A DNA stretch of 64,000 bases from Candidatus Latescibacterota bacterium (GTDB lineage Bacteria > Latescibacterota > UBA2968), in the NCBI GenBank assembly GCA_965198115.1, contig OZ240241.1, forward strand, positions 4,192,001 to 4,256,000, read 5' to 3'. The translations under genes and the position numbers were made by a program. Positions 1 to 9,372 of the stretch are shown here, one piece after another (within the stretch, counting starts at the first letter, position 1; each line of letters starts with the position of its first letter). The notes under the pieces were generated by a model. The model was not told the DNA's origin. It saw nothing but the letters and a program-made list of their open reading frames with translations, and searched no databases.

Positions 1-947
1 ACGTCACCAAAGCGTTTCACGACCTGGCAGACCACTCGATCGCAATCCGACGTCTCCCTCCCGTGAATCATCGTAAACAGGTTATACGGCCAGTCCTCGA
101 ACATCGGTCGCTCGTAGCAGTGGCTGATCTCGGGGATCTCTGCGCAGAACCGGCCCACAGCCTCGACCCGCGCAGAAGGCACCGCCCACACGACCATCGC
201 ATTGGCCGCAAAGCCAACAGCCCGATGGTGCAGAACAGCCGCGACCCGACGTATGCGGCCAGTGTCAGTCATTCTCCTGATCCAGTCGAGAAGCGCGTCT
301 TGAGTGACGATCAGCCTGACAGCCATGGGGGCGAACGGCTCAGCTACGACGGGAAAGTCTTCTTGCAGCACACGGACGAACGCCTTGTCCCGTTCGGTCA
401 ACGGCGTGAGCGGACCGGGGTGGCTTGGACCGTCAGACGCAGACACCGGCCGACGGTCTCGACCATTCAGACCCAACCGAACGCCGATTCGAAAGGTTCG
501 GATCGCCGGCAGGATTAGATATCGCACGAACCCGGCCTTGCCCGCCAGATCGTCAGCGGCCGCAGCCAAATCTTCGCCCGGTGGTGTCGCAAGGGTGAAC
601 CAGAGATTGTAGCGGTGGTCCCGCTCGTAGTTGTGACTCACACCGGGGTGCGCACTCACCACCGCAGCGCCAGCTTCGAGACGATCGGGGGGTAGTTCCG
701 CGGCGATCAACGTGCTCTCATACCCGAGTTTGCGTGTGTCGAAAATCGCGCTGATCTGTCGGATGATGCCGGAATCCCGCAGACGGTTAACGCGATCGAT
801 TACGCTGGCTTCGGTCGAGGCGATCGTCTTCGCTACCGCGGCGTACGGCCGCAGGGTCACGGGGAATTCAACCTGAAGCTCATCCAGCAGAACCTTGTCC
901 TCATCGTCGATTTTGACTCTTTCGTTGACCGATTCCGCGATGTTCAT
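1..947 (-). CDS. Fused siroheme decarboxylase AhbA/AhbB (NirDL/NirGH-like, tandem Lrp/AsnC-like repeats); runs off the window edge
   Basis: Not in the ORF track; translated by hand from ATG 947 (RBS GGGAGG): MNIAESVNERVKIDDEDKVLLDELQVEFPVTLRPY...IFDTRKLGYESTL...HPGVSHNYERDHRYNLWFT...SHCYERPMFEDWPYNLFTMIHG. The frame stays open to position 1. Confidence 0.9.
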   Translation of the reverse strand, partial: MNIAESVNERVKIDDEDKVLLDELQVEFPVTLRPYAAVAKTIASTEASVIDRVNRLRDSGIIRQISAIFDTRKLGYESTLIAAELPPDRLEAGAAVVSAHPGVSHNYERDHRYNLWFTLATPPGEDLAAAADDLAGKAGFVRYLILPAIRTFRIGVRLGLNGRDRRPVSASDGPSHPGPLTPLTERDKAFVRVLQEDFPVVAEPFAPMAVRLIVTQDALLDWIRRMTDTGRIRRVAAVLHHRAVGFAANAMVVWAVPSARVEAVGRFCAEIPEISHCYERPMFEDWPYNLFTMIHGRETSDCDRVVCQVVKRFGD

Positions 948-1054
948 GTCTATTCCTCCCAGTTACACATGCTGCCCGGGAACCTCCGGATCTGCGGGCG
1001 ATTCCAATCAGCTGGATTCAGTGTCGTGGGCACGCGATGGCACGTCCGCGAACA

Positions 1055-2113
1055 TCATCTCGAGAGTGGCTGGAGGAATTCGACCGAGGCAGACCCCTCT
1101 TTTTGAAACGACAGACCCGATGTAGCGCGGGCGTGCGTGCTAGGCCCTTCTCCTCTCCATACAATGAGTCCTTCCGCGTCTTCGATTCTTTCAAGCAGCG
1201 CGATCCCTTCGTCCGGCCCCAAAACAAACAGAGCCGTGGAAAGCGCGTCGGCGTCGACACCGGTTGGTGTCACAACCGTTGCGATGAGCATCCCATCGAC
1301 GGGCCTGCCCAAACGTGGGTCTAGGACGTGGCCATAACGCCTGCCTTCGATTGTGACGAATCTTTCATACCCTCCTGACGAGGCAATGGACGCATCTCGT
1401 AAGCGTATCGTCCCCAACAGATCATCTAATTTCAGCGGATTCTCGATTCCCACGGTCGATCCAGGTCCCTGGCCGAAGCTGAGCATATTGCCGCCCAGAT
1501 CGACTACGGCGCCGTGTGCCCCGTTCTTTCTGAGGGCCACAACCGCCCGATCGAGCGCGTAGCCCTTCGCGATTCCGCCCAGGTCGACTTCAACGCCCGG
1601 TTCCAGTCGTGCTCGTTGGCCATCCGGATGAAGGTGGACTCTTCTGTAATCAACCGATTCCAGGTGTCGCGCGATCTCTTCATCTTTTGGAATCCTGGGA
1701 GGTCCTCCCCGAAACCCCCAGAGTCGCATCAGTCCCAACACGGTAATGTCAAATGCACCTTCGCTCAGTTCTCCATAGGTGCGAGCTCTGTGAAGCACGT
1801 CATACACTCTCGAATCAACTTCCAACCACTGCGATCCTGCGGCCTTGTTGAGCTGCGAGATCTGGCTGTCTGGCTTATACGTGCTCATTAAGCGGTCCAC
1901 GTCGGTCATCTCCTGAAATCCAGCCTGGATCGCCTTCTCGCACATCTCAGCCGTCTCTGCCCGGACCTCGATTCGTGCGGTCGTCCCCATCAGGAACCGT
2001 CGATACTCGAGCGTTTCGGCTGTCGTTCGACCACCAATAAGCAGAATCAGGAGCATTGTAATGCATCGCACGTAGCGCATTCTGGCAAATCCTCTGGGTC
2101 GCTCGGGGACCAC
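1055..2113 (-). CDS. apbE: FAD:protein FMN transferase (ApbE family), exported
   Basis: Motifs MGTT, S..ISQLN, GAFDIT, DLGGIAKGYALD, DLGGN, ASSGGYER, HVLDP, ADALST; N-terminal hydrophobic segment. Start codon uncertain. Confidence 0.93.
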   Translation of the reverse strand: MVPERPRGFARMRYVRCITMLLILLIGGRTTAETLEYRRFLMGTTARIEVRAETAEMCEKAIQAGFQEMTDVDRLMSTYKPDSQISQLNKAAGSQWLEVDSRVYDVLHRARTYGELSEGAFDITVLGLMRLWGFRGGPPRIPKDEEIARHLESVDYRRVHLHPDGQRARLEPGVEVDLGGIAKGYALDRAVVALRKNGAHGAVVDLGGNMLSFGQGPGSTVGIENPLKLDDLLGTIRLRDASIASSGGYERFVTIEGRRYGHVLDPRLGRPVDGMLIATVVTPTGVDADALSTALFVLGPDEGIALLERIEDAEGLIVWRGEGPSTHARATSGLSFQKEGSASVEFLQPLSR

Positions 2114-2272
2114 ACCATCGTATCCTTACGTGGTGGGAATGGCTAATTCCTCGGTGCTCCGGCTCTTATCCAGGCCAGAACATCCTGGAACGCGTTACTG
2201 GTCTCTGAAAACTGAGTGCCTCCTCCGTGTGCTGAGGAATTCGTCGCCTTCGTGAGGAGGATGCTCTTTTTA

Positions 2273-3692
2273 GGCTCTATCCGGGTTTCTCAACGGTGAA
2301 ACTATAGAATGACAAGGTCATAGATCGTTCCCTACGCTTGGTTGTGTGTGTAGGACAATCAAAGCGAAGGGGGTGCGACCTATGACCGGGAGCAGATTAC
2401 TATCGAAACTGCTGAGATTCAAGGGGTTCCGTGTTGTCAGCTGGTGGTTTGAGGGGAGAAGCTGTTTCGTCATCGCCGTAAAGCCACATAAGAATGGTTG
2501 TTGTTGTCCGGAGTGCGGCCGTCGAGGTAAAATCGTCCGCACAATGCCCCATCCGCGTCGGTGGCGTGACATTCCGGTGTGCGGGTGGAGGGTCTGGCTT
2601 CTCTACCATCCTCGGGAGATTCGGTGTCCTACCCACGGTCGTGTGGTCGAGGAGATTCCGTGGGCGGAGCGGTTCTCTCGGGTGACGTATCGCTTCGAGT
2701 ATGCCATGCTGCGCTACTGCCAGACCATGACGCAGAAGGCGGCGTCCGAGTTACTGCGCATCTCTGCCTCGACGCTGTCGGATCTCCGTCACCGATCCAT
2801 CACGCGGCTTCGTGAAGGTCATCGTATCCGAGGGCTCAAAACCATCGGGATCGACGAGATCTCCTACGCCAAGCGTCACAGGTACGCCACGCTCGTTTAC
2901 GATCTGGACCGCTCCTGCGTGGTGTGGGTTGGCCGCGGCAGGGCGCGTAAAACGATCGATCGGTTCTTCACAGAGGCTCTCAGTCCCTACCAGAGATCCA
3001 AGATCGAGTGGGCCTGCTGCGACATGAGCGAAGCTTACATCGGAGCCATCCAGGAACACTGTCCGAATGCCAAGCTGGTCCTCGATCGCTTTCACATCGT
3101 CAAGGCTCTCAATGCCGCCGTTGACGAGGTCCGTAAGGACCAGTGGCGTAAAGCTGCCCCGGATGAGCGCAAAGCCATGAAGGGCCTCCGATGGCTCCTC
3201 TACCGGCACTCAGCGACACGCTCCAGAGGGGATACTCGGACACTCAAAGCACTGGAGAAGGCGAACTACCGAATCTATAGAGCCTGGAGACTCAAGGACG
3301 AGTTCGAGCAGTTCTGGGAATACAAAGCGCCCTGGGCTGCCGAACGCTTCCTGAAATGCTGGACGACGTCCGCACTCAGAAGTCGACTTGAACCCCTGCG
3401 AAAGTTCGTCAGGACCCTGCGACAGCACTTCTTCGGCGTCCTCGCATTCGTGAACACGCGTCTTACCAACGCCATCGCCGAAGGCCTCAACCGAATCGTC
3501 CAAATCGTCAAGAACCGAGCCAGCGGATTCCGCACACTCGACGCATTCAACGATATGATCTTCCTTACCGTCGGAGACATAAACATCCCTGAGCAGATTC
3601 CGAAGAGGTTCCGCACACGCTAACCGCGCCCCCATGCCAGGAACCACGGCACCTTCACCCACTTCATCTCGTTGAGAGATCCGGATATAGCC
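2273..3692 (+). mobile_element. ISL3-family insertion sequence, complete (1420 bp)
   Basis: Terminal IRs GGCTCTATCCGGGTTTCTCAACG and (reverse complement) GGCTATATCCGGATCTCTCAACG; 8-bp target duplication TCTTTTTA at 2265-2272 and 3693-3700. Confidence 0.96.
2346..3623 (+). CDS. ISL3-family transposase
   Basis: CPECG zinc finger, IGIDE, CCDM, LDRFH, TNAIAEGLN...KNRASGFR motifs. The true start may be ATG 2382. Confidence 0.95.
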   Translation: MCRTIKAKGVRPMTGSRLLSKLLRFKGFRVVSWWFEGRSCFVIAVKPHKNGCCCPECGRRGKIVRTMPHPRRWRDIPVCGWRVWLLYHPREIRCPTHGRVVEEIPWAERFSRVTYRFEYAMLRYCQTMTQKAASELLRISASTLSDLRHRSITRLREGHRIRGLKTIGIDEISYAKRHRYATLVYDLDRSCVVWVGRGRARKTIDRFFTEALSPYQRSKIEWACCDMSEAYIGAIQEHCPNAKLVLDRFHIVKALNAAVDEVRKDQWRKAAPDERKAMKGLRWLLYRHSATRSRGDTRTLKALEKANYRIYRAWRLKDEFEQFWEYKAPWAAERFLKCWTTSALRSRLEPLRKFVRTLRQHFFGVLAFVNTRLTNAIAEGLNRIVQIVKNRASGFRTLDAFNDMIFLTVGDINIPEQIPKRFRTR

Positions 3693-3985
3693 TCTTTTTA
3701 GGCTCGTTCAAATCGATCTGGGGGATGACCTGATCGTAGGCCTGAGGCCCATCACCATAGGTCCAGTTTCCGGTGCCACCCGCGTGACACTGAGTACATC
3801 TCTTCAAGGCTGGTTTGACCGAAACGTTGAAACTGACGGCGCCCGCGATCCCATCTTGCAGATCGCCTCCGGCGCCTTCCAGTCCGCGGCTGAAAGGATG
3901 CTCGGTACCACAGCTCGCGAGGATTCATCACGACAGGAAGCAGACTGACCGTTACAACCATTGATTTTTTCATGGCTCGACCTCC

Positions 3986-4576
3986 TTACTGTGGGTGCTT
4001 GGCATTCTTTCGACCCAGGAAGTCGACGATACATACACCGTGCTGAACGCCGAGGGCAACAGCGGACGATGTGTGCGTGGCTCCTGTTATGCCGATCACA
4101 TCCTTACCCAATCTGAAGGAGTGGCCTTTGTTGTATCCGATGAACTGAGACATAAAGGACTTCCGCATGGCCGGCTTCCCACGTTCCTCCCCGAAGACCG
4201 TGAACCCGATATCGTATACCTGTCCGTCATCCTTATTTACCGCAACCACGAGTTGAAGTGGGCCTTCCTTTCCTTCGATGTCCACCACCACCGCGTAGCC
4301 TATCGGCTGCTTGTCTTCATCGATGCCCGTGTAGATAACGTATTGCTCGTTGGGATCGAAACCGTAGGTCTTGGCAACCTCTTCCTGTTCGGACTGTGTG
4401 AGAGTGACTGCTCGCTTCCTGAGACTGCGGGCCCCCTTCTTCTGGAGCATCCCCTTCAGCGCATCCCGTAGCGTGACGACCCCCGTCATCTGGCCCGAGA
4501 CGTTGACCTGAACGAACGAGAACATCACAGTCGCGAAAAACCCAGCTACGAGTAGACCAACCCACGTTCGGCCCAT
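3986..4576 (-). CDS. Exported FMN-binding domain protein (RnfG/NqrC/NosR-type flavinylation substrate)
   Basis: N-terminal signal/TM segment; DVIGITGATHTS contains the [S/T]GA[S/T] ApbE flavinylation motif; GKEGP and F..QFIG also fit the family. Confidence 0.85.
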   Translation of the reverse strand: MGRTWVGLLVAGFFATVMFSFVQVNVSGQMTGVVTLRDALKGMLQKKGARSLRKRAVTLTQSEQEEVAKTYGFDPNEQYVIYTGIDEDKQPIGYAVVVDIEGKEGPLQLVVAVNKDDGQVYDIGFTVFGEERGKPAMRKSFMSQFIGYNKGHSFRLGKDVIGITGATHTSSAVALGVQHGVCIVDFLGRKNAKHPQ

Positions 4577-4584
4577 AGCACCCC

Positions 4585-5163
4585 TCACTGGGCAGAGGAT
4601 CTGCGGAACCACATTTGATAGATGCTGATTCCAAAAACCAGCGCGAAAGAGACAGCCATAACGGATCCGGACAGCATCACCATCCAGGCGAACCCCGGAC
4701 CGATGAATCGTGTCAGCAAAATGCTCCCGATATCGAAAACCGACGCGACGAACGGTGCCAGGATCAGGACCTGCTTCCCTAACACTGGCATCCGGGCAAA
4801 CGAAACGATGAAACCACAGATGAAAAAGATCATCGCGTAGCTGAGCAGGTGGAAATGGCCTTCGGCCACGAGACTTTTAAAACTGGGGATGGGTCTTACG
4901 GGCTCATCTCCCTGTTCAGCCTCGAACTCCTCGAAGCTGAATTCCTGCTCGGCTGGTGCATCGTCCTGCTCGAGCGATCTGCGCGTAGCTTCGTTGCCCC
5001 AATAGTGCTCGACGATCTTCACAGGTGTCAGCCCAACGGCCAGCCCTACGTTAGCCAGTGCGAAGAGATACCCCATACCGAGCGTCAACAGTGTTGCGGT
5101 AAACAGAATGCGAATTGTCGTCGGCAGTTCGGTCAGCGTGAGCTGTAAAAGGGTCTTGGTCAC
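4585..5163 (-). CDS. Uncharacterised ~4-TM membrane protein with an HxH motif
   Basis: Four hydrophobic segments, an acidic loop, and SLVAEGHFHLLSY preceding TM2. RBS AAGGAG before GTG. Confidence 0.7.
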   Translation of the reverse strand: MTKTLLQLTLTELPTTIRILFTATLLTLGMGYLFALANVGLAVGLTPVKIVEHYWGNEATRRSLEQDDAPAEQEFSFEEFEAEQGDEPVRPIPSFKSLVAEGHFHLLSYAMIFFICGFIVSFARMPVLGKQVLILAPFVASVFDIGSILLTRFIGPGFAWMVMLSGSVMAVSFALVFGISIYQMWFRRSSAQ

Positions 5164-5212
5164 GACCTGCTCCTTCGCGGTGGATCCGGGACTGCTGATT
5201 CCCGGGGAACGG

Positions 5213-6412
5213 CTACTCAGAGAATCTCAGCTGCGCCGATTCTGTCGACACAGCGTGAGCAATGGCTGCGTTGTCGAACACGGCGACCCCGAACGGGAAG
5301 ACTGCCCCAAGATCGCTGAACTGCACGTCCATTGCCCCACTACCCGTCTCCAGGGACCGTCTGAACTCCAGCGTCCACACCCCAGTGTATCTACCGACGG
5401 CATCGATATCGCCCCGATCCCCTTCGACCGGTCTTGTGAACACGCTCGGAGGAAGCTGGCTACCATCCCGGTGATAGCGAACATCTGTATTGGGGTCGAT
5501 CGCTGTGCCGTCGCTGAGCGTGAGGGCGCCCATAGCGTCTACGTCCGTGACCGCCAGGGCGAGACCCGCATCCTGTAGTACTGGATTCGACCCGTCCGTC
5601 TCCACCCAGTAGTATCGTTGGGGCGCATCCGGGATTATGAATTTGGGCACACTCACTCCGTTCAGCGTCTGTTTGTTGTTCGAGTAGGCACCTGTACCAG
5701 GATCGCTCTTTCGGCCACCGTTCCTGGCAGATCGCTGGGAGTCCGTGTACTGATCGTCATACGTGTCTTGTGACGTGTTCCGAACGGATTTCCAGTGCCA
5801 CATGTCCAATACTTCGCCGGCTGCATTCGTGTATTTGAGAGCAGTCTTCCCTCCGTTATTGCTGTTCGGATTCAGTCCCGTATGGCAGGCTACCCAGCAT
5901 CCCTGCTCTCCGAATCCGGCAACGGGGGTAGCCTCCCAAATCAGAGACAGCTTGTCCTCGTAGAAGGGCCTCCGGCTCACGGATCCGTCTGCAAACTGTG
6001 GCCATCGGGATTCTTGCTTCCACGCTCTCTCAGCCGGATCGAAAAACCAGGTCTCGCGATCCAGGTCGATCTGGGGATCATCCCACTGAGCCAGAAAGTA
6101 AATGTGGGAGTCATCATACATCGATTTGAGGATGACCTGGTATCCGCGACCTTCATACCCCGCAAACGCTTCGATGGCCGGTACCTCGGTGACGACCGAG
6201 ATGGCTGCAGCCTGCTCCCATTCATTACTCACAGCCATTCCATCGAGCACTGGAGGGGTCTGTGTTCTAGCCGCGATCAGTGTCGCGGGACCCTCAGCAG
6301 TCCCTCCTGATACAATCGTCTCGACGCCATCCCGATCACACGCGGGTTGCACCAACAGCAGCCCGACCGCGCTCAGGAGGGTCATCCGTCTCTTCAAGTG
6401 TCGAGTGATCAT
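5213..6412 (-). CDS. Lipoprotein of the ethylbenzene-dehydrogenase gamma / DOMON-like heme-binding family, with a CxxxCH motif
   Basis: RBS AAGGAGG and ATG 6412; lipobox-like VQPAC; motifs P.LDG...EW, YFLAQWDD, YEDKLSLIW, GCWVACH, DMWHWK, WTLEFRR.L, FGVAVFDN...H. Confidence 0.8.
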   Translation of the reverse strand: MITRHLKRRMTLLSAVGLLLVQPACDRDGVETIVSGGTAEGPATLIAARTQTPPVLDGMAVSNEWEQAAAISVVTEVPAIEAFAGYEGRGYQVILKSMYDDSHIYFLAQWDDPQIDLDRETWFFDPAERAWKQESRWPQFADGSVSRRPFYEDKLSLIWEATPVAGFGEQGCWVACHTGLNPNSNNGGKTALKYTNAAGEVLDMWHWKSVRNTSQDTYDDQYTDSQRSARNGGRKSDPGTGAYSNNKQTLNGVSVPKFIIPDAPQRYYWVETDGSNPVLQDAGLALAVTDVDAMGALTLSDGTAIDPNTDVRYHRDGSQLPPSVFTRPVEGDRGDIDAVGRYTGVWTLEFRRSLETGSGAMDVQFSDLGAVFPFGVAVFDNAAIAHAVSTESAQLRFSE

Positions 6413-6437
6413 GACACACCTCCTTGTCTGTTTTCCC

Positions 6438-7538
6438 CTAGAACTCAACGACCGCGTGCAACCGAAACAGATCGTTCGGTACTTCGTCTACTTCCTCGAA
6501 ATTCCAAAAGTGCTCCGCTATCACGACGAGGGGCCCCATGCGTCGGATGGCCGCGACGTTGATACTGTGCGTGTCGTTGTTCGTTACGACATCGTCGAAA
6601 TCGATGTAGGAACCGTACCTGACTCGGAAGGTCAGATCGGGTTGCCATCGTCCGTAGTGAACTTCGACAAAGTCTCCATACTTGTAATACCAGCCCTGGT
6701 CGTTGTTCGCAGACTCAACGAGAGTTCGATCCCTGATTTCCGCTCTGGCCGCCGCACCGCTAAACCGAAGATGGCGAATCCCCGGCGCCTTAAGCAGGCC
6801 GTAGGCCGTTGAGAAATCTCCGCCCCACAGGAAGACTTCCTGGTCATTGTCGGTACCCCATTTATTGTAGAGGGCGGAGCCTGCAACAGTCAGGCGGTCT
6901 TTGAGCGTCTTGATCGTCAACCGTTGGCCATACGCGAAAACGTCATCGCTGCCCCCGGCATTGAGCGCGAGGACCCGACCCGATGCTTCTTCGAATCCAC
7001 GGACGATATAGCTGTCGCCGAATACCGACAGACCCCGCCAATCTTTCAGGATGGGGTACCGGATCGATGCGCCTAGCTCTGCCCAGACATTGGGGAGCAA
7101 TTTCCCCGTGAAGGGATCTCCCTGGACGCCTCCGTAGTAGTGATGAAAAGGAGAGAGCCCGAATGGCACCCAGATCTTTCCCGCTTTCAGTTCGACGCCG
7201 TCCGTAAGTCGATACGTCATCTCATAGTAGACTTGATCGATCAGCTCTGCCTCGAGCAGCAACTTTTTGCTGATGTCTGCCTTTAGAAAAATGAAGTGGT
7301 GATACGTGCGGAATCGGTCAGGTTTTGCTCCGTCGCCACCGAGATTCTCCATCTCCAGGTTGAAGTCGAATCGTCCAGACAGGTGGATTCGGTCCGACCA
7401 GCTCTTCAGAGTATGTGGTGCTCTCTCTTCGACATCGTCGAAATCGACTTCCTCTTCCTCGTCATCTTCTGCGGCGTTGACAGTCGTAATCAGCAACGCG
7501 GCGAGGATGATCAAGGATCTGGCGACCCAGTTTGACAT
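6438..7538 (-). CDS. Putative outer-membrane beta-barrel porin
   Basis: Signal peptide ending VNA, acidic N-terminal stretch, amphipathic beta strands, LKAGKIWVPFG motif, C-terminal FRLHAVVEF. RBS GAGGTG before ATG 7538. Confidence 0.75.
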   Translation of the reverse strand: MSNWVARSLIILAALLITTVNAAEDDEEEEVDFDDVEERAPHTLKSWSDRIHLSGRFDFNLEMENLGGDGAKPDRFRTYHHFIFLKADISKKLLLEAELIDQVYYEMTYRLTDGVELKAGKIWVPFGLSPFHHYYGGVQGDPFTGKLLPNVWAELGASIRYPILKDWRGLSVFGDSYIVRGFEEASGRVLALNAGGSDDVFAYGQRLTIKTLKDRLTVAGSALYNKWGTDNDQEVFLWGGDFSTAYGLLKAPGIRHLRFSGAAARAEIRDRTLVESANNDQGWYYKYGDFVEVHYGRWQPDLTFRVRYGSYIDFDDVVTNNDTHSINVAAIRRMGPLVVIAEHFWNFEEVDEVPNDLFRLHAVVEF

Positions 7539-7662
7539 TGCACTCACCTCTCTTTCAGGCGTTTCGATTGCGGTACTATCTGAGTTTCTTCCAAACCTTG
7601 TTACTGCGAGCAGACCGTGGGTTCCATCCGCGTTCCGACGTTCTGCTGCTTGAAGCATTAGT

Positions 7663-7677
7663 GCAGGTTTTATGCCA
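7663..7677 (-). promoter_or_regulatory. sigma54 -24/-12 promoter of the porin/ApbE operon
   Basis: Minus strand TGGCATAAAACCTGC (GG-N10-GC), ~125 bp upstream of the porin start. Confidence 0.7.
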
Positions 7678-7740
7678 ATCATCTATCTATCAGAAACCGT
7701 TGTTCGATGCGGCAGCACCGTCGGCGCACTGCGATCGGTC

Positions 7741-7777
7741 TGTGACCTGAAAGTCCCGATGTGACCGCAAGCCCTCA
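7741..7777. promoter_or_regulatory. Tandem putative upstream activator sites
   Basis: TGTGAC-CTGAAA-GTCCCG followed by TGTGAC-CGCAAG-CCCTCA; same motif as at 9373, 15223 and 29175. Confidence 0.55.
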
Positions 7778-7945
7778 GCTGGACATCAAAAAACCCACTC
7801 AATGAGTGGGGGACGGATTCATCGGTACGTCTCGACGCTGGAGCGATTTCGGCCGTCGTATCAGGCTTCTATCAAGCACGAGACGCTGTTTCTTCCCGCG
7901 TTCATCTCAAGCTCGCCGTGAGACTCTCAAAATCGGAGCCCTTCA

Positions 7946-9123
7946 CTACATACGCGTCCGCCCACCGATCTCACAATGCTGGCGGTGCTTCGCGATCAGC
8001 GAGGACCGCGGTTCAAAGTCACAAAACGGCTCCTCGGCCATATAGTTTCCCGTCTCGCCGAGCGCACGGGCGCGACACCCCGCACACGTTTCGATACTCG
8101 CAGAGCCCACACTTGCCCTCGACCTCATCGGGGTTTCTCAACTCCGAGAACAACGACGCGTTCGCCCAGATATCCTCCAGCGACTGCTCGCGGATGTTAC
8201 CTGCTGCAACTGGGAAATACCCGCACGGCTGTACGTCACCCTTGTAGGACACAAAGCACACCGCCGACCCGGCAAGACACCCCCTCGTCATCGCTGCCAT
8301 CCCATCGGTCTTGGGTGTGATGTGGCGACCTTCCTCACGCGCCTTCTGACGAATGACCCGATAGTAATGGGGGGCGCAGGTGGCTCTGATTTCGAGCGAC
8401 GACCTGCGCGATGCCTCGTAGATCCAGGACAGCACCTGCTCATAATCTCGCCCCGTGATCTGCTGCTCTTCCGTGATCTCCAGACCCGCAGCCGACGGGG
8501 ACGAGCAGGAAAAAGTGCAGGGCTTTTGCGCCCTGTCGTTCAGTCAGGTCAAGAATCGCTTCGAGCTCTTCCACGTTGTGGCGTGTGACGGTCGTGTTGA
8601 TCTGCAGCTCCACATCGTTCGCACGCAGCAGCCGGCTACCCTCCATCGCCGCCTCGAACGCCCCAGAGACACCGCGGAACGTGTCGTGTGTGGAAGCCTG
8701 CACGCCGTCCAGACTGATGCTCACACGTCGTATGCCCGCGCCGGCAATGTCGGCGGCGATCTCGGGATCGATCAGCGTCCCGTTCGTCGCCAGGGCCACT
8801 CGCAGCCCCGCGTCGCTGGCGAAGCGTGCGATGTCGAGGATGTCGGGCCGATACAGAGGCTCGCCTCCGCTCAGCACGAGAATCGGCGAAGCGAACGAGA
8901 CGATGTCCTCTACGAGAGCGAACGCCTCGGCCGTCGAAAGCTCGTCGGGCGCCCGGCCGGGCGTAGCGGTCGCGCGACAGTGGGCGCAGCGCAGGTTGCA
9001 TCCGAGCGTGGTCTCCCAAAAGACGAGTCGCAGATCGGGTCCGATCATCGCTCTTCCTGACGTCCTGATCTTCGGTTGAAGCTCAGGGTTCGAGGGTGGC
9101 CCATATCCCATAGCGGTCACCAT
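7946..9123 (-). CDS. Radical SAM/SPASM heme biosynthesis enzyme (AhbD/AhbC/NirJ-like), frameshifted near 8485 and 8080
   Basis: [18 protein letters not shown] (CxxxCxxC), [19 protein letters not shown]...C, VQPCGYF, GKCG.CEY..VCG/GCRARA...EEPFC spread over three frames. Confidence 0.88.
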
Positions 9124-9274
9124 ATATCATCAGAAGCACGGGCAGGACCAGAAACAGTTCCAGACCTGTCACGACCACGAGGCGAAATACCATCGTCTTC
9201 AATCGTCCCCCCTGATTCGTTAGGTAAACGGGCGTTGTCCAGCGTGGGCACACTCCAATCGCCTGGTCAGATGG

Positions 9275-9289
9275 GCAAATTATGTACCA
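9275..9289 (-). promoter_or_regulatory. sigma54 -24/-12 promoter upstream of the radical SAM gene
   Basis: Minus strand TGGTACATAATTTGC (GG-N10-GC). Confidence 0.65.
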
Positions 9290-9372
9290 CGTCACGAAGG
9301 TTGCTATCAGGCGCGAAAACGCCTTTGGACTGCGAGGTTCCTGCGTGACTCAACCAGGCGGCGGCGTGTAAA

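Larger units (their letters stand above)
2143..3973 (-). pseudogene. Monoheme cytochrome c lipoprotein interrupted by ISL3 (2273-3692) and a 1-bp insertion near 3925
   Basis: RBS AAGGAGG and ATG 3973. Removing the IS, one TSD copy and one extra base gives a continuous ORF with lipobox ILASC, VSFNVSVKPALKRCTQCH (CxxCH at 3784-3798) and SILLTK...HGGG...WIRAGAPRN*, stop at 2143-2145. Confidence 0.85.

Noticed and set aside
1-947. Heme d1 (nirDLGH/nirJ) genes implying NirS denitrification
   Set aside because: No nirS, nirF or nirN in the window. An alternative heme b (Ahb) pathway explains both genes more simply.
3752-3973. 73-aa Arg-rich ORF in the track
   Set aside because: It is the out-of-frame reading of the disrupted cytochrome c lipoprotein gene.
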